A stretch of 64,000 nt of DNA. It comes from Octopus bimaculoides (lineage: Eukaryota). Below the pieces are notes generated by a model. It did no database searches. It was not told the DNA's origin and saw only the letters and a program-made list of their open reading frames with translations. Each line of letters begins with the position of its first letter. Position 1 is the first letter of the stretch. A program made the position numbers and the translations under genes. The stretch lies in the NCBI RefSeq assembly GCF_001194135.2, contig NC_068983.1, positions 141,620,342 through 141,684,341 on the forward strand. The letters are read 5' to 3'. Of the stretch, positions 51,086 to 63,700 are shown piece by piece.

Positions 51086-52136
51086 ATTTTATGTGCCTTT
51101 TTAGTATGGCTTGAGGGTGATTTAGTTGCTATTTCTTGAAGGTTCAACAACTAAATACTCTCCCTTCATTGGTAATTTTTGTTGTTTTATACGCATGGCT
51201 ATTTGGTCATTCTTTCAGGGAAAGTACAAGAAATTAAAACAAAGAAAAAAACAATTTGGTTTCATTAAAAATAAACATTTCTCTTTTTTCTCTTTTTTAG
51301 GACCCTATTTATTAATTAATTTATGTATTTATGTATCTATTTTTTTTCCATAAAATTCTTTATCTCCCCTCTGCAAGGGAAGTTAAGCACTTGACAATTT
51401 CTATATTGCTGCACCATAAAAGCATAATTACCTGATTTAGATGTCAGAATATACACTTCTGAACCTATACGAGCAAACCTGCATTCACAATTGTAAACTT
51501 GCACATGCAAACATGCACTCACTTGCAAGCATACACTTTTATATGCAAACTAGCACTTGCCTACCATGATCATGAACTGAATACTTTAACCACTTTTCAT
51601 TCCTTATTGAATACCAGTCATTGACTTTTCTCCACTATGCTTCACTCTGGGCTGTCTTTTCCTCTTACAAGTCTTGTTGGTTTTGAATTGTCATGGAATC
51701 TTCTGTAACTTTGCTGTTTTTTCTAGGTATGACAATGGCCCATTTTTATCTCTGAGAAGTGGTCCATATTAGTCTAGCTATTATCTTTTGACTTGCCCAG
51801 TAACAGAGGTTTTACTAGGAGCTTGCACTCAATGGCTTAACTCTTAGGGTCATTGAGACACACAAGCCACTACAGTGCAAGAAGAACTGGACGTTGTAGT
51901 GGTGAGAGAGCATGAGACAAAATGCCTCATGGTATTGAGTTTTTACCTTCTAAGTTAAAATCCTGCTGAGATAAACTTTGCCTTTTATCCTTCCAAGGGT
52001 TCAATAAAATAAAGTATAAGCCAACTATTGGAATCAATATAATTGACAATATTCTAATTCAATGTAGAATTTTCAAAAAAAAAAATTGATGATAAATAGT
52101 CTGTTCTTTCTACAATATGCATGTGTGTACAAAATT

Positions 52137-52243
52137 TGGTTGTTCTTTCTAGTAGGATGACCAATTGGACAAGGACCCTCTCCCATTGTTGCTATTGTTT
52201 AGCATTGTTTTATATAAACCACAAGAAATTTTATAAAAGTTAA
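52137..52243 (+). repeat. 107-bp direct repeat, copy 1 (copy 2 at 53674-53780)
   Basis: tggttgttctttctagtaggatgacc...ataaaagttaa; only a few mismatches between copies. Confidence 0.9.
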
Positions 52244-52365
52244 CAAGTTATAAAGGTGTGTATCTGTGTATATACATATGTATGTAGTATGTGTGAATCA
52301 TTTATGATAAACTAATTTTTGCTTTCTATTTTCTATCTTTTTGACAATGCATTTCAAACTGCCAG

Positions 52366-52558
52366 ATTTAGCATCAACATCTGTAGTGACCCTAATGGAA
52401 CAACAGGTCTTCATCTAAACCCACGTCCTGATCAGAATTCTGTTGTTTTGAACCATTATGATGGCGATTGGGGTGAAGAAGAGGTGATTTCTGACAACCC
52501 ATTCCACCCATGGTCTATGTTCAAGCTTATGATTGTTGCCAGCTATGATGGCTACCAA
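52366..52558 (+). CDS. Galectin CRD2 exon b (FSINICSDPNGTTGLHLNPRPDQNSVVLNHYDGDWGEEEVISDNPFHPWSMFKLMIVASYDGYQ)
   Basis: HLNPR, VVLN and WGEE motifs; gccAG acceptor and GTAATA donor; 193 nt, phase 2 to 0. Confidence 0.95.
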
Positions 52559-54480
52559 GTAATATAAATTTCTTATTTCTAGAAACTTTTGTATCATTTG
52601 AACCCCGTGATTAATAAGTTTTATTCATTTATTTACATCTTGCTGAGTTTAGTGGAAGGGACAGTTCTCATGGTCTTTGCAGGTCTTTCTAGATTGGTGA
52701 GATTGATGTCATTAACCCTTTCATTACCATATTTATGACCAAATACAGTACCTTTATTTCAATTAATTTTGAAAATAATGAAGTATTGAGTAATCTGTTG
52801 AGGAGCTTAAATTAACATGAAATTTAGATAGATTTTAATTTAGTTTACTTTAAAACAGAAAGTTTGTGTTATAGACCAAGGTGGTTTCAGGTGTGTTGGC
52901 ATTTAAAGGGTCAATGTCTGTCTTGAACCTTTATAAGTCAACACTTGCAGGAGCAAAGAGTGAATTCCAGAGGGCTGACCTTCCTGGAAGGAATTGACTG
53001 AGTGTAGTGGTAAGTACAGAGCCTGGATGATAGGAAGAGAAGCATGGGAGATGGGGATGTTTGAATGGAGGAGGCACAAGCTCAACCTGGAGTTATTATA
53101 GTATCAGTAGAAAAGGCAAAGAGAGAAGAAACGGCACACCATGAAACTTTATTAGATGGGATCTAACTTCTGCAAGTTAGTCAATTAAGCCATGGTGAGG
53201 ATTTCGCGAAAGGTATAACCTTCATTTTCCATCATTCCCAATCATCAACCACCCACAAGTTTTCTTACAATTTCTTGATTACTGTTACTCAGCCACCCTC
53301 ATTGTGATCTTCCTGTATTTCTTACTGGAGGAATATTTATTGATGCATAACAATACTGGGGTTCAGTGTTATGTTAGATGGGTGAGCCACTTGATTTTTA
53401 TGCCTTTTTTAACAATTAGCTGAAGTGAACAAGCATTGAGAAAGCTCAGTTTAGAAGAATTATTTACTTTATAATGAATATAAGGAGTATATGAACATAT
53501 GTTGCACTCATTATAGTGTGTGTATACATACATGATATACACACATATGCACACACACACACACATACATATGTATGTAATATAATTTTTTTTTTTTTTT
53601 TGTATAAACAGGACTACATTGTCCAGTATGTCTTTTCCTAATTAAAACAGTAAAATGAGATTTGAGGAAAATCTGGTTGTTCTTTCTAGTAGGATGACCA
53701 ATTGGACAAGGACCCTCTCCCATTGTTGCTATTGTTTAGCATTGTTTTGTATTAACCACAAGAAATTTTATAAAAGTTAAATTATAATTACTATATGTAT
53801 GCTATATTTCCTGATGTTATCCATGGTGGCAAAAATATACTTCCTAGGTTGTGCCATCAGTTGATAGATGACACTCTGTGAAGATTATAATTCATAAGAC
53901 TTAAGTTCATCTTTTGAGATGAATGTTTTTATTTTTAATTTGGTATTTACTTCTATATTACATTTCAATTGGTTTGATTTCAGCCCATCATCAAGTGTAT
54001 TATTCCTAGAGCAAGTGACTTCAAAATTTGAGATTTTAATGAATAAAAAAAATTTAAGGAAATTAGCCATCTTAGAAATTGAACAATTTGTTTTAAGTCA
54101 ATGCATGGCACTACTTGTTGGAAATAGCAACCAAATTCCAATGAAATCCTACCTTAGCATCTTCAACTAAAAGGACAAAGTATAATCCTAGATTAGCTAT
54201 GCCTGAAAAATAAAATGTGACAGCCATGTTTGGAACACCTCAGTCATAGCTTTGTCTGATCAGCAATCCATCAACTCAAAAGTCCAACATTTTTAACAGT
54301 TGGTTACTTTTTTTCACTCTAAAGCATACCCTTTCTATCAACTAATTAGAGACCTTTTCAATAACTTCAACTGGAGATTCTTGCACAAATTCTTGAGCAA
54401 CATGTGATGTAATTCCCATTCCTATCCCCACCCCAACCGTGATTATCATTAGTAAAACTAGAAATTTATTTCTCTTCTAG

Positions 54481-54600
54481 ATCTTTCTGAATGACAACTA
54501 CTTTGCACTGTTTCCTTATCGGTGCAGCATAGATTCTATGAAGTATCTCTACATCCATGGTTGTATTAGCATTGCTTCTATCAATTACTTGAGACCGCTT
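54481..54600 (+). CDS. Galectin CRD2 exon c (IFLNDNYFALFPYRCSIDSMKYLYIHGCISIASINYLRPL)
   Basis: tttctcttctAG acceptor and GTAAGT donor; 120 nt; paralogous to the other c exons. Confidence 0.93.
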
Positions 54601-55643
54601 GTAAGTATTTTACTTTATTTTTATTTTTTATTACCATAAAAACCCATGTAATTTATGCACTTTAGGGGTTGTGTAAATTGCATGAGTAGATCATTTCCAG
54701 AAGTTTATTGAAATTTTTTTTGGTTGAAAAAAACGACATACAAAATGAACATTCATACTGGAAGTTGACTCAGTTAATGTCAGAATAGGGTTTTATAGAA
54801 AAAATAATAGCTTAAATACACATAATAAAGTTGACTTTATTTATGCTGGACGGTATAATGCTTACTTTTTCTGTATAAATTTACTAAAGCCATTAAATGG
54901 TTAACTAGCTTTTGAAGTCTGGCATTCATGCTGGCAAACAGGGTCTGGGCCATATTTTACATAGCTTGGAGTTTCTACCTATCGCAAGTGGCTTCTAGCA
55001 GCAGAAGCCTAAACTATGACAGGCTTGTCCAACAGAGAACATTTCTGGTTACTTTTGGGTACCACCTCATATATATATATATATATATATATATGAGAAA
55101 TTAAAGACAGAAAATGCATACACTTTACATAGTTTTAATATAATTTTGGAACTATGATACTACTGTTTTGTTTAACCCCAGGAAAATATCTTCTCCAGTT
55201 GGTTAATGACACAACAACCTGTGTCCAATATAATGTGAGCAGGGAAGCAAACCCCTACCATCTAGCAGTTTGACAGGATCAATAGACCAATGTTTTCAGG
55301 GTATTTATCTTGCTCAGCACAGTACTGAGGAAGGGAAACAACTGCCATGTCTAGCAGACATGACAGTCATTCATCATAGCTTGTAATAATAGAGAAAAAT
55401 AAGCGACATTCAGCTGCTGATATTTTGCAGCAAGTAAAGAAGCTAGTTCTAAAATCTCTCTCTCACTATATATATATTTATTGTATTTTGTCTGGGAGAA
55501 TTTTAAATAATCAAACTTTAATAAAAACAGACCTTTACTTGCCATATTGGATTCCATCATCGCATTAATAGGTTATTGTTAAAGTTGTTGATTTAAGCAA
55601 TTTTGTGAAAACTAAAGACTATATTTTTTTTTTGTTTCTGCAG

Positions 55644-55729
55644 CCAATGGACTTCACAAAAGAAATTCCATCTGGATTGCAATACAAAGATATCATTAAG
55701 GTGACTGGATTTTTCACAACTGGAGATAG
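55644..55729 (+). CDS. Galectin CRD3 exon a (PMDFTKEIPSGLQYKDIIKVTGFFTTGDR)
   Basis: tttgtttctgcAG acceptor and AG|GTAAAA donor; 86 nt, phase 0 to 2. Confidence 0.92.
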
Positions 55730-56516
55730 GTAAAAACTATTTTTGCATTCTTTTTCAACAGATACAGTTAATATTAGGGAATATAATTGAGACATACTAC
55801 TAATTTATACATTGTGTTTACATATATTTGCCATGTCTTTCAACATTGTTTGTAAACATAGTTAACCATCATTTTTCACCTGGTGCACCATTCTTTTGAA
55901 TGCACTACACCATCTTTTCAAAAGTTGTGCATCATCCTTTCAAATGTAGTGCATTGTTCTTTTGAATGCAGTGCATTCTGATTTTGAATGTGGAACACCC
56001 TCCTTTTGAATATGGTGTGCCATAAGTTAAACATGAAATATATTTTATATAAAACAGATATTCAGAATACCCCTTTTTATCATTTTGACACCTTTTGGCA
56101 TGTTATTACTATATAGAAAAACATATGTATCTGAGAATACCATCCCACTGAAAACTTCCCTTTCTTTCCATGCTTTCTCTTAGATTACTAAACTTCAGCA
56201 GTTGAAAGTAAACCCCAGTCATTGAAATCACATTCAATTATTCTTGCCCTTGAATCCAGGAACTGTAAAGAGCCAAAGCGACAGATCTTTTTCTTCAGAA
56301 CTAGTCAATAAAAAAAAAAATCTTTCATCCTGTCCAACTCTTTCAACCTATGCCAGCTTAGAGAGCAGACATAAAATGAGAAATAGATATATATGAGCAA
56401 GGGTGGGAATAGTTAATAATCCATGGTTAATTTCTGGTTGCAATAAGTTCACCAATGATATGAGAAAGTCATGTATCGACCATACTTATAATGAAACCAT
56501 ACAATTACCGGCACAG

Positions 56517-56815
56517 TGGAGGTGCAATGGCCCAGTGGTTAGGGCAACAGACTAGTGGTTGTAGGATTGTGGTTTTGATTCCCAGACTAGGTGTTGTGAG
56601 TGTTTACTGAGCGAAAACACCAGCAGGGGGTGTTGGCAACCCCTGCTGTACTCTTTCACCACAACTTTCTCTCACTTTTTCTTCCTTATCCTATTGTACC
56701 TGTATTTCAAAGGGCCAACCTTGTCACACTCTGTGTCACACTGAATCTCCCCCCGAGATCTACATTAAGAGTACACGTGCCTGTGGAATGCTCAGCCACT
56801 CATTTCATGAGCATC
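56517..56815 (+). repeat. SINE family D, CpG-decayed
   Basis: tggaggtgcaatggcccagtggttagggcaacagactagtgg... Confidence 0.82.
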
Positions 56816-57162
56816 TGGAACCCTCATCATCGTAACCAACAGAGTGCCATAATGACTGGCACAACTTTGTAGCTTTCCCTCTACAAGTATGTTAAAACAG
56901 ACACTGACTATGAATCTACTGTCTTGAATTCCTCAACTCTTTACCATGCTGCCTTCTAGAATTTCTTTTCTTATCCCCGCTGTGATCATAGATACAAAAC
57001 TACTCAAATTTAACTTTACCAAATTATACAGATGTTCTAATCAAGTAAAGAAGTGTTAATAAGGACTATGAACATTGTCTATCTCTCAGTATAATAAAGC
57101 ATAAACTTGTTATCAAATGGATAAAGAACATCTTTTTTTTTTTTTTCCAACACATTTTATAG

Positions 57163-57355
57163 GTTTGCGGTTAATCTGAAACATGGTAATGAAATTCCTC
57201 TCCATCTCAATCCAAGACGAGATGAGGGTGAAATGGTTTTGAACTCTTATACCGATGAGGAGTGGGGCGAAGAAGAACGACATCCATTGCCTGTTGGTTT
57301 ATTGGAGGGTATTCCTTTTGAAATGAAGATTAGAGTGAAAGAAGACAAACTAAAG
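57163..57355 (+). CDS. Galectin CRD3 exon b (FAVNLKHGNEIPLHLNPRRDEGEMVLNSYTDEEWGEEERHPLPVGLLEGIPFEMKIRVKEDKLK)
   Basis: HLNPR, VLNS and WGEEER motifs; ttttatAG acceptor and AAG|GTAAGG donor; 193 nt. Confidence 0.96.
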
Positions 57356-57823
57356 GTAAGGCTTTGATGTCAGGGTGATTAAAAAGCAAAGCAGAGAAAC
57401 TTCCAAACTTTGAGAAAATATTAAAATAAATAGATATTCTTTTTTTCTCTTAATTAACGCAAGGGGACAAGCAGTCAAGCTAGCTGTGCGAAGGAACAGG
57501 CAGCCAAGCTAGCTGTGCAAGAGGACAGGCAGGAAAATTAGTAGTGCAACTAAGCTAACAGCATGAAAAGACAATCTTTCTAATACAAATGCCTAAGAGA
57601 CAAATTTACTGAGTTTAAAGAAAAAAATTTTCTGTATCTTAAAAATGTCAGTCACTAAATTGATGACTGCAACGTCGAAAGTGTAATCTAAAAATTTTCA
57701 GTGTAATAAAAATTGCAATAACTTTATGCATTTATCTAGGAAATAGATATTCTTGTATTGAACAAAATACTTTCTGTCATAAAATTCATAGATAATTCTT
57801 AACTCCCTGTCTCTCTTTTGTAG

Positions 57824-57943
57824 GTTTATATAAATGAAAAGTCATTTGCATCATTCCATGCTCGAAAACCAGTTGAAAGTATCAACAATATTTCTTATAA
57901 TGGAGAAGTATATATCTATAATATGCAACTTCTTCGTCGTGTG
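57824..57943 (+). CDS. Galectin CRD3 exon c (VYINEKSFASFHARKPVESINNISYNGEVYIYNMQLLRRV)
   Basis: ctctcttttgtAG acceptor and GTAAGA donor; 120 nt. Confidence 0.93.
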
Positions 57944-58245
57944 GTAAGACCTTTCAGCTAATATTTATTTACTTTCTTTCTCTCGCTTTTTTGATATGTA
58001 AATTATGATGTACACCAGCAGTGAGATTAAAATTTGAAACTAGAGAGTGAAAGCTGTCATTTAAATCTTTCGTGTTGACATTTCTAATGAAATTCAGTGT
58101 CTTTTTCACTCAATGCTGAAATTGCCTAGAATTTGGAGAGATTTAGTAAAATAACTAAATTTTCTATTGCTAAGCTGGTGTTCGAAATTTAATGATTTTA
58201 TAAAAATGGATGGTGGAAGTTTTTATTATTTTCTTCAAAAGAATA

Positions 58246-58569
58246 CTAATACATTATTTTGAATGATAGAATAAGTGGCAGTCTTGAGCTTGCTGGCATC
58301 AAAAGGATTAAAAAGCTTAAGGAAATAGTCATGATTTCCTGGCAAATGATTTGAAATTGGTACTGTAACATGCTTGGAACCATTGCTTCATGATATAGTT
58401 TCTCCCCAGAAATAACATACTTTGGGAGTGAATTCTCTTCTTCACAATAAATGAAATCAAGCAATAAATAAGTGTCAAAATATTGCCTAATCTTCCAGCC
58501 TTGATGTTTCATTGTTTGAACTCCTTGGATTTTAGGCATGATTGATACTACATCATCACCTTCATTCAC
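58246..58569 (-). mobile_element. hAT (Charlie/Buster-type) transposase N-terminal remnant
   Basis: RQYFDTYLLLDFIYCEEENSLPKYVISGEKLYHEAMVPS, then HLPGNHDYFLKL in a shifted frame, resembles the R-x-Y...YL..GF...PxCVIC...L.N..M.PSKL..H BED-finger region. Confidence 0.65.
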
Positions 58570-59728
58570 TGAGTCATAAGGATCAGTTACTGATTGGTTG
58601 TATAAGGCAACCTTTTCAATGTCCAGAGTGTTGTCAGCAATTAATCTCCTTTGTTACATTCAGAAAATCTATTAATTTGACTGAACTGCAGTCTGAAACA
58701 TAAACATTTCCACAACATTGATGGTCTCAAAATGTCAAATAAATTGTGTAAATGCTGGAGTTCAAGTGAGTTAACATTTATTCTTGTAATTCCTTTAACT
58801 CAAAAATCAAAATAAATAATTTTAAATATATATATATATATGATTTCTCCTTTCTGTTCCAGTTATGTTTGGGTTTTCTTTTTACTGAGAATGGGAAGTG
58901 TTTGCAATACCCTTAGTTAGTCTTTGTAGTTTCCTAGAATGTTGCAGAGCCTTAGATGAGAATTTCAGATATAACTAGAAATACAGATCTATGGATTGTG
59001 TCTAGCCATTTGTCCATCTACTTGTGCAATATAAGACAACTCAGTTACGATTAACTTGAAGATAGACCTCGATAATTGGCTATTTTCTAGTTATACTGTT
59101 TGGAAATACAAAAGAAAATTAATTTCCTCTTTAATTTGATGATATTAGTTATCCTTGCCTTGGGCCCTCATCTTGTTGTGGAGTCATACAGGCACACCAT
59201 TAAGACATAAAGTGCATCTTTGACATTTTTAGTCTTGGTGAAGCCTATTCTTCTCCAGATGTGGCCACTGTGATTTCTCCTAGAAAGGCAGACAGACAGA
59301 AAGAGAAAAAAATATCAATCCAGTACACTGCTGGTACTATAATTATCAAGCCCCAAAAGATGAAAGGAAAAGTTAACTTTGGTGAGATTTGAACTTGAAG
59401 AGCAGAGAGCCAGAACAGTGCCATAAGGCTATCTGATGCTTTAATAACTCTGTCAATTCACCTCAAAAGTTCTTAATGTAATATCTGTGAAACCTTAACT
59501 TTCAATCTAATTTAATAATATTCTGTCCAAGAATATGATAGATACTTTCTTGTCAAAAGGCAACAACAAAAAAAGATATAAATCAACATTTATGATGATT
59601 CGTGAAAGCACTCCAGTGATAAAACAATCACTCTTTGTCAAACTACTGCAAGGTTTTCACACTTTTCTCCTCCTTTAGTTTTAGATATGTATAATTTTAT
59701 TTTTATTAATTTTTACTTTTTATTAAAG

Positions 59729-59817
59729 GATGTCCCTCATGTTGAGAGGTTGCCTGGCACATTGGCTGTGGATCGCTGGATCAAAATTGGTGGTTCTGTG
59801 AGGAAACATGCTGAAAG
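59729..59817 (+). CDS. Galectin CRD4 exon a (DVPHVERLPGTLAVDRWIKIGGSVRKHAER)
   Basis: tttactttttattaaAG acceptor and AG|GTATAG donor; 89 nt; VP...LPG.L...I.I.G pattern. Confidence 0.92.
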
Positions 59818-60914
59818 GTATAGTTCTGAAACAACACAAAATGTTATCCACTAATATCAGTTTCTTTTGTTTAGGAACAGTCAGTTCTTTTAGAGTAGTA
59901 TTTCCCAGCATGTGAGTCATTATCCAATTTTGGTCAGAATATAATTCTGAAAGAGCCACAAATACAAAATCTTTTAGTTTTCATATATTTGACAAACTGT
60001 AAATTCTTCATGAATATATTATATGACAAACTGTTAGACATGAGAACCACAACACTTAAAGTTAACAAAATAAAAATCAGGAAAAGTAGAAATATTGTGA
60101 CCTAACAAACAATGGTCATAGAAGGTTTACAAATATGGATCAGTGTGATTAAAAGTGAAGAACTATTATTCTAAGGGCTGTGTGTGTGTGTGTGTGTGTG
60201 TCCATTTGTAGTGTATAACAGTGGTGTTTATTAAATCTAGAGACAGAAATGATTTGAACACCAAATAATATCAAAATGAGTTTATATTTCAAAATGTTTA
60301 TCTAGTGCTTAATCATTTCTGCAAAATCAGGACACTCATGTGATTTTGGGAAAACCAAATAAACATTATGTTAACAGTTCAATTATCAACATTTGTAGAA
60401 GAATCACCAAGTTTTAGATTTCAATTATAATACGTATGCATAAACATGCAAGCACACATATAAGAACATATGCAAACAAACACACACACACACACATAGA
60501 TTAGCATAGAAAAAGCAGATTCAAAAGTAATAACAATGATTATGAAAATGATGATGATTGTAATAATATTAGAAAATTACTATTTTTAAATCTCACAACA
60601 AGAGATATTCAGCAACAGTACTTTGGAGTAAAGACTGCCAACATAACATGGCAGTCCTGGTTTAGGACAAATGTTGCTGTAATTTAGCCCTAGGAGATAT
60701 CATCTCTATCTGGTTATACTATATGATCTGTGTCCTTGTTTGAAAATATAAGGATACAGATCGTGTCGTATAGCCAACTGGAGATGATGTCTCCTGGGGC
60801 TAAATTACAGCAACATTTGTCCTAAACCAGGACTACCATGTTATGTTGGCAAAAATCTTTACTCCAATTGTAATAATATTGAGAAAATATCTAAAGTGAA
60901 ATTTGTTTTTTCAG

Positions 60915-61107
60915 ATTTGCTATTAACTTGAAGTGTGATGATGATATTCTCCTGCATCTTAATCCTCGTCTAAATGAAGAACAAGTAGTATTAAATCACT
61001 ACTGTGGTGGTGAATGGGGTGAGGAAGAAAGAACTTCAGACTATTTCCCTTTTATGGGTTCTGAGCCATTCGAGCTTCTTATAGCTTGCCAAGAAGAATC
61101 TTTCAAG
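60915..61107 (+). CDS. Galectin CRD4 exon b (FAINLKCDDDILLHLNPRLNEEQVVLNHYCGGEWGEEERTSDYFPFMGSEPFELLIACQEESFK)
   Basis: HLNPR, VVLN and WGEEER motifs; ttttttcAG acceptor and AAG|GTAATA donor; 193 nt. Confidence 0.96.
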
Positions 61108-61881
61108 GTAATATTCTTTATTTCACCTTTTTTTTTATTCATGTCCTTTATTAAATTTTCAACAAGGATTGTCCTTTGAATTACAATCCATCTGACAGGC
61201 ATTTATGCAGTTTTCCCTCTGCCTAATTTTATTCACAAGGTATATGTTGACTTGAAGCTATACAAAAATAACACTTGCTCAAGATATCATGCTGCGGGAT
61301 CAACCCTGGACCTTGTGAGTTTGAAGTAAACTTGGCTATTCTATGTGTACAAACACTTCATATAGTAAATTACCAATCTAATGAGCTAGTTGTTCCAACT
61401 ATATGCCCTACTCAGTAGACAAAGGCAGTGAATGTAAGCACCACATAGTTCTAGATTGAATCTCACCATACAGCACTGTAGGAAAGTGTCTTCTATCAAT
61501 GGTCTCAAGCTAACCAATATTTTTATGTAGAATTTGGTTGATGGAAACTCTGCAGAAGCTCATTGTAGATATGTTGTAAATGTATGTATGGTATGTATCT
61601 ATATGTGCATGTTTATATATTATTCACCATTATATATCATTGGTGGATGAAAATATAGGTAAGAAAACTAAAATAATGATCAATAAACAAAATTCCTTGA
61701 GTTGTTTGTTCTGCATCAAATATGGAATCTAAACCAATGATGATGTTGCTCACTAATTGTGATATAAAATGGATTCCTTTTCTTCTGTTATTGCTAATAA
61801 AAAGAAAACAATTTCTAAAGCTTGGCAGTCTCATTGTTTTCTTTTTAATAGATTTTTATCTGTTTTTCTTTCTGTTTTCAG

Positions 61882-61995
61882 ATTTATGTGAATGGAAACT
61901 ACTTGACTGATTTTGCTCACCGAATGCCTTTTGAGTGTGCCAAGACTTTGGAACTTTCTGAAGATGCTCACTTCTTCCATCCAGAAATTTATTAA
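61882..61995 (+). CDS. Galectin CRD4 exon c and stop (IYVNGNYLTDFAHRMPFECAKTLELSEDAHFFHPEIY*)
   Basis: ttctttctgttttcAG acceptor; IYVNG...FAHRMP motif; TAA at 61993-61995. Confidence 0.95.
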   Translation: MYVNGNYLTDFAHRMPFECAKTLELSEDAHFFHPEIY

Positions 61996-62220
61996 ACCTT
62001 TTTGGCTTCATAAACTTTTTAGTTTTAGTTTCATACTAAATGCATGTTCAATTTTTTAACATAAAAATGTGAAACTGGCAAAATATGCTTTTGAAATTAC
62101 AAATTGCCTGAAATGTTAGCTTTAATGATTCGATTTATATTCTATTAAAAAGGATGAAACGGTTGTAATTTGTTATTGACTACATAATGCAAAAAAAATA
62201 AAAAGGGGGGTGCTAAATTC

Positions 62221-62255
62221 AATAAAGCTTTTTCAATAAATGTTTTGTATTGTTA
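62221..62255 (+). terminator. Galectin polyadenylation signals
   Basis: AATAAA at 62221 and 62235, followed by GU-rich tgttttgtattgtt, about 225 nt after the stop codon. Confidence 0.6.
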
Positions 62256-62299
62256 AATGTATGTGCATATATCTGTACATAAATTCATATATTATTGAT

Positions 62300-63590
62300 A
62301 TCACCTAGAAAGAGGGTTGAAGTTAGGCCAGAAGAAATTGATGCCATCAAACAGTATCCAACAATCATCAGGTATTTCAACACTGAACAACACCCTCCTG
62401 TTGGTGGGTCAGCAAAGGTGGCCAAATCACTGCTTATCTCCTCTTGGTTTCCATCTTAACTTATTTCCCTTCCTCCATAACCAGCAAGAGACTAATTCTA
62501 CTGCCCCTCCCATTGTGTGTACAGCCACCCTTCACATTTTTCCTCTCATTCCAATGGTTGTAAGCATCCTTCATGCCAACTGGGTAGTGAATCCCTTACA
62601 GCCAACCTTAACTGGGAAAAGCCATGACTGCCTTCTCTTTTTCCCTGAAATTTTGTAGAAAGCTCTTGTACTTGGTGCATTTACATTCTTATGCCTGATC
62701 TCACCCTTCTTCCTGGTTCCATACTTCAACCTAGATCATGGCCCTCTTCTTATTGATATCCATCTTCCATTGTAAGAAATGGAAGAGCCAAAACCCTGCT
62801 ATCTTCTGCCTGTAATTCCAGTGATGTCACATAGAAGAAGTAAGTTTTCAACCTGCACAACGACTGTGTTGCTGACCACCCACTTTCACCCAGACCTTGT
62901 GTTACCTGCATATCTGACATGCTTATCCTAGGAGTCCCAGTGCACCATTATAACTATATTTTGTGATCTTGAATTCCTCTATCACAGGTGACAGAGTAAG
63001 TTAGATTTCCAGATCTTTGGCAGAAGCCTATTGAAGTGAAGCTTAGAGGGACACTTAGCCATCTAGTTGTTTACTTTGCTCTCCACTTTTTCTATTCTTG
63101 TCATTGGAATATCATACCATGTTAGGAGAGCCATATCTGGAAGCCCTGATCCTTCAATTCTCCTCAGCTGCTTGCAGTCCTGGTGACGTTGCTGTCAGGG
63201 GGTGAATTGTCAGATCACTCACCAAGGCATTTGAGTGGATTTTTCTCTATTAATGGAATAACCTCTCCTAGCACTTGTAACTTGATTTTGTTTATTTGCC
63301 TCTCCTGATCACCATACACCTAGATTTCTTGCACACATTTGCCATTTGTTTAAATGAAGCTGGCACTCATTCTGCCTACACATACATTGTGGTTGTCACT
63401 GTAAGGTCATCAATGAAACTCATTAAATGTTGTTGGCTGCCTGATTCTATTTCTGGCATTTCAGCTCCTTTATCAGTAACTGTTATAAGGAGATTCATTC
63501 CTGTGATTTAAAGGATGGGGTAAATTGTGCAACCAGTTAGAATTCCTTTTTCCAGGTCCTGCCACTGAGCTGTAAAGCAAGCTGCTTTGA
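62300..63590 (-). mobile_element. Decayed HERO-like non-LTR retrotransposon (RT and C-terminus, internally deleted)
   Basis: Fragments LEKGILTGCTIYPIL.ITGMNLLI, SFIDDLTVTT, KKSRCMVIRRG, IPLIEKNPLKCLG, RWLSVPLSFTSIG, FPVKVGCKGF and SCWLWRK, with many stops and frameshifts. Confidence 0.8.
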
Positions 63591-63654
63591 AATATAACTG
63601 GATAGCTCCAAAGTAGCTGGTGATCATTCCCTGGATGTGCAATTATATTGTAGT

Positions 63655-63700
63655 AACGCCGTGCGCATGCGTAGTCTCACGCATGCGTGGAATTCAACAA
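63655..63700. promoter_or_regulatory. CpG-rich promoter-like site with two NRF1-like motifs
   Basis: TGCGCATGCGTA at 63662-63673 and palindromic CACGCATGCGTG at 63678-63689, where CpG density rises again. Confidence 0.45.
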
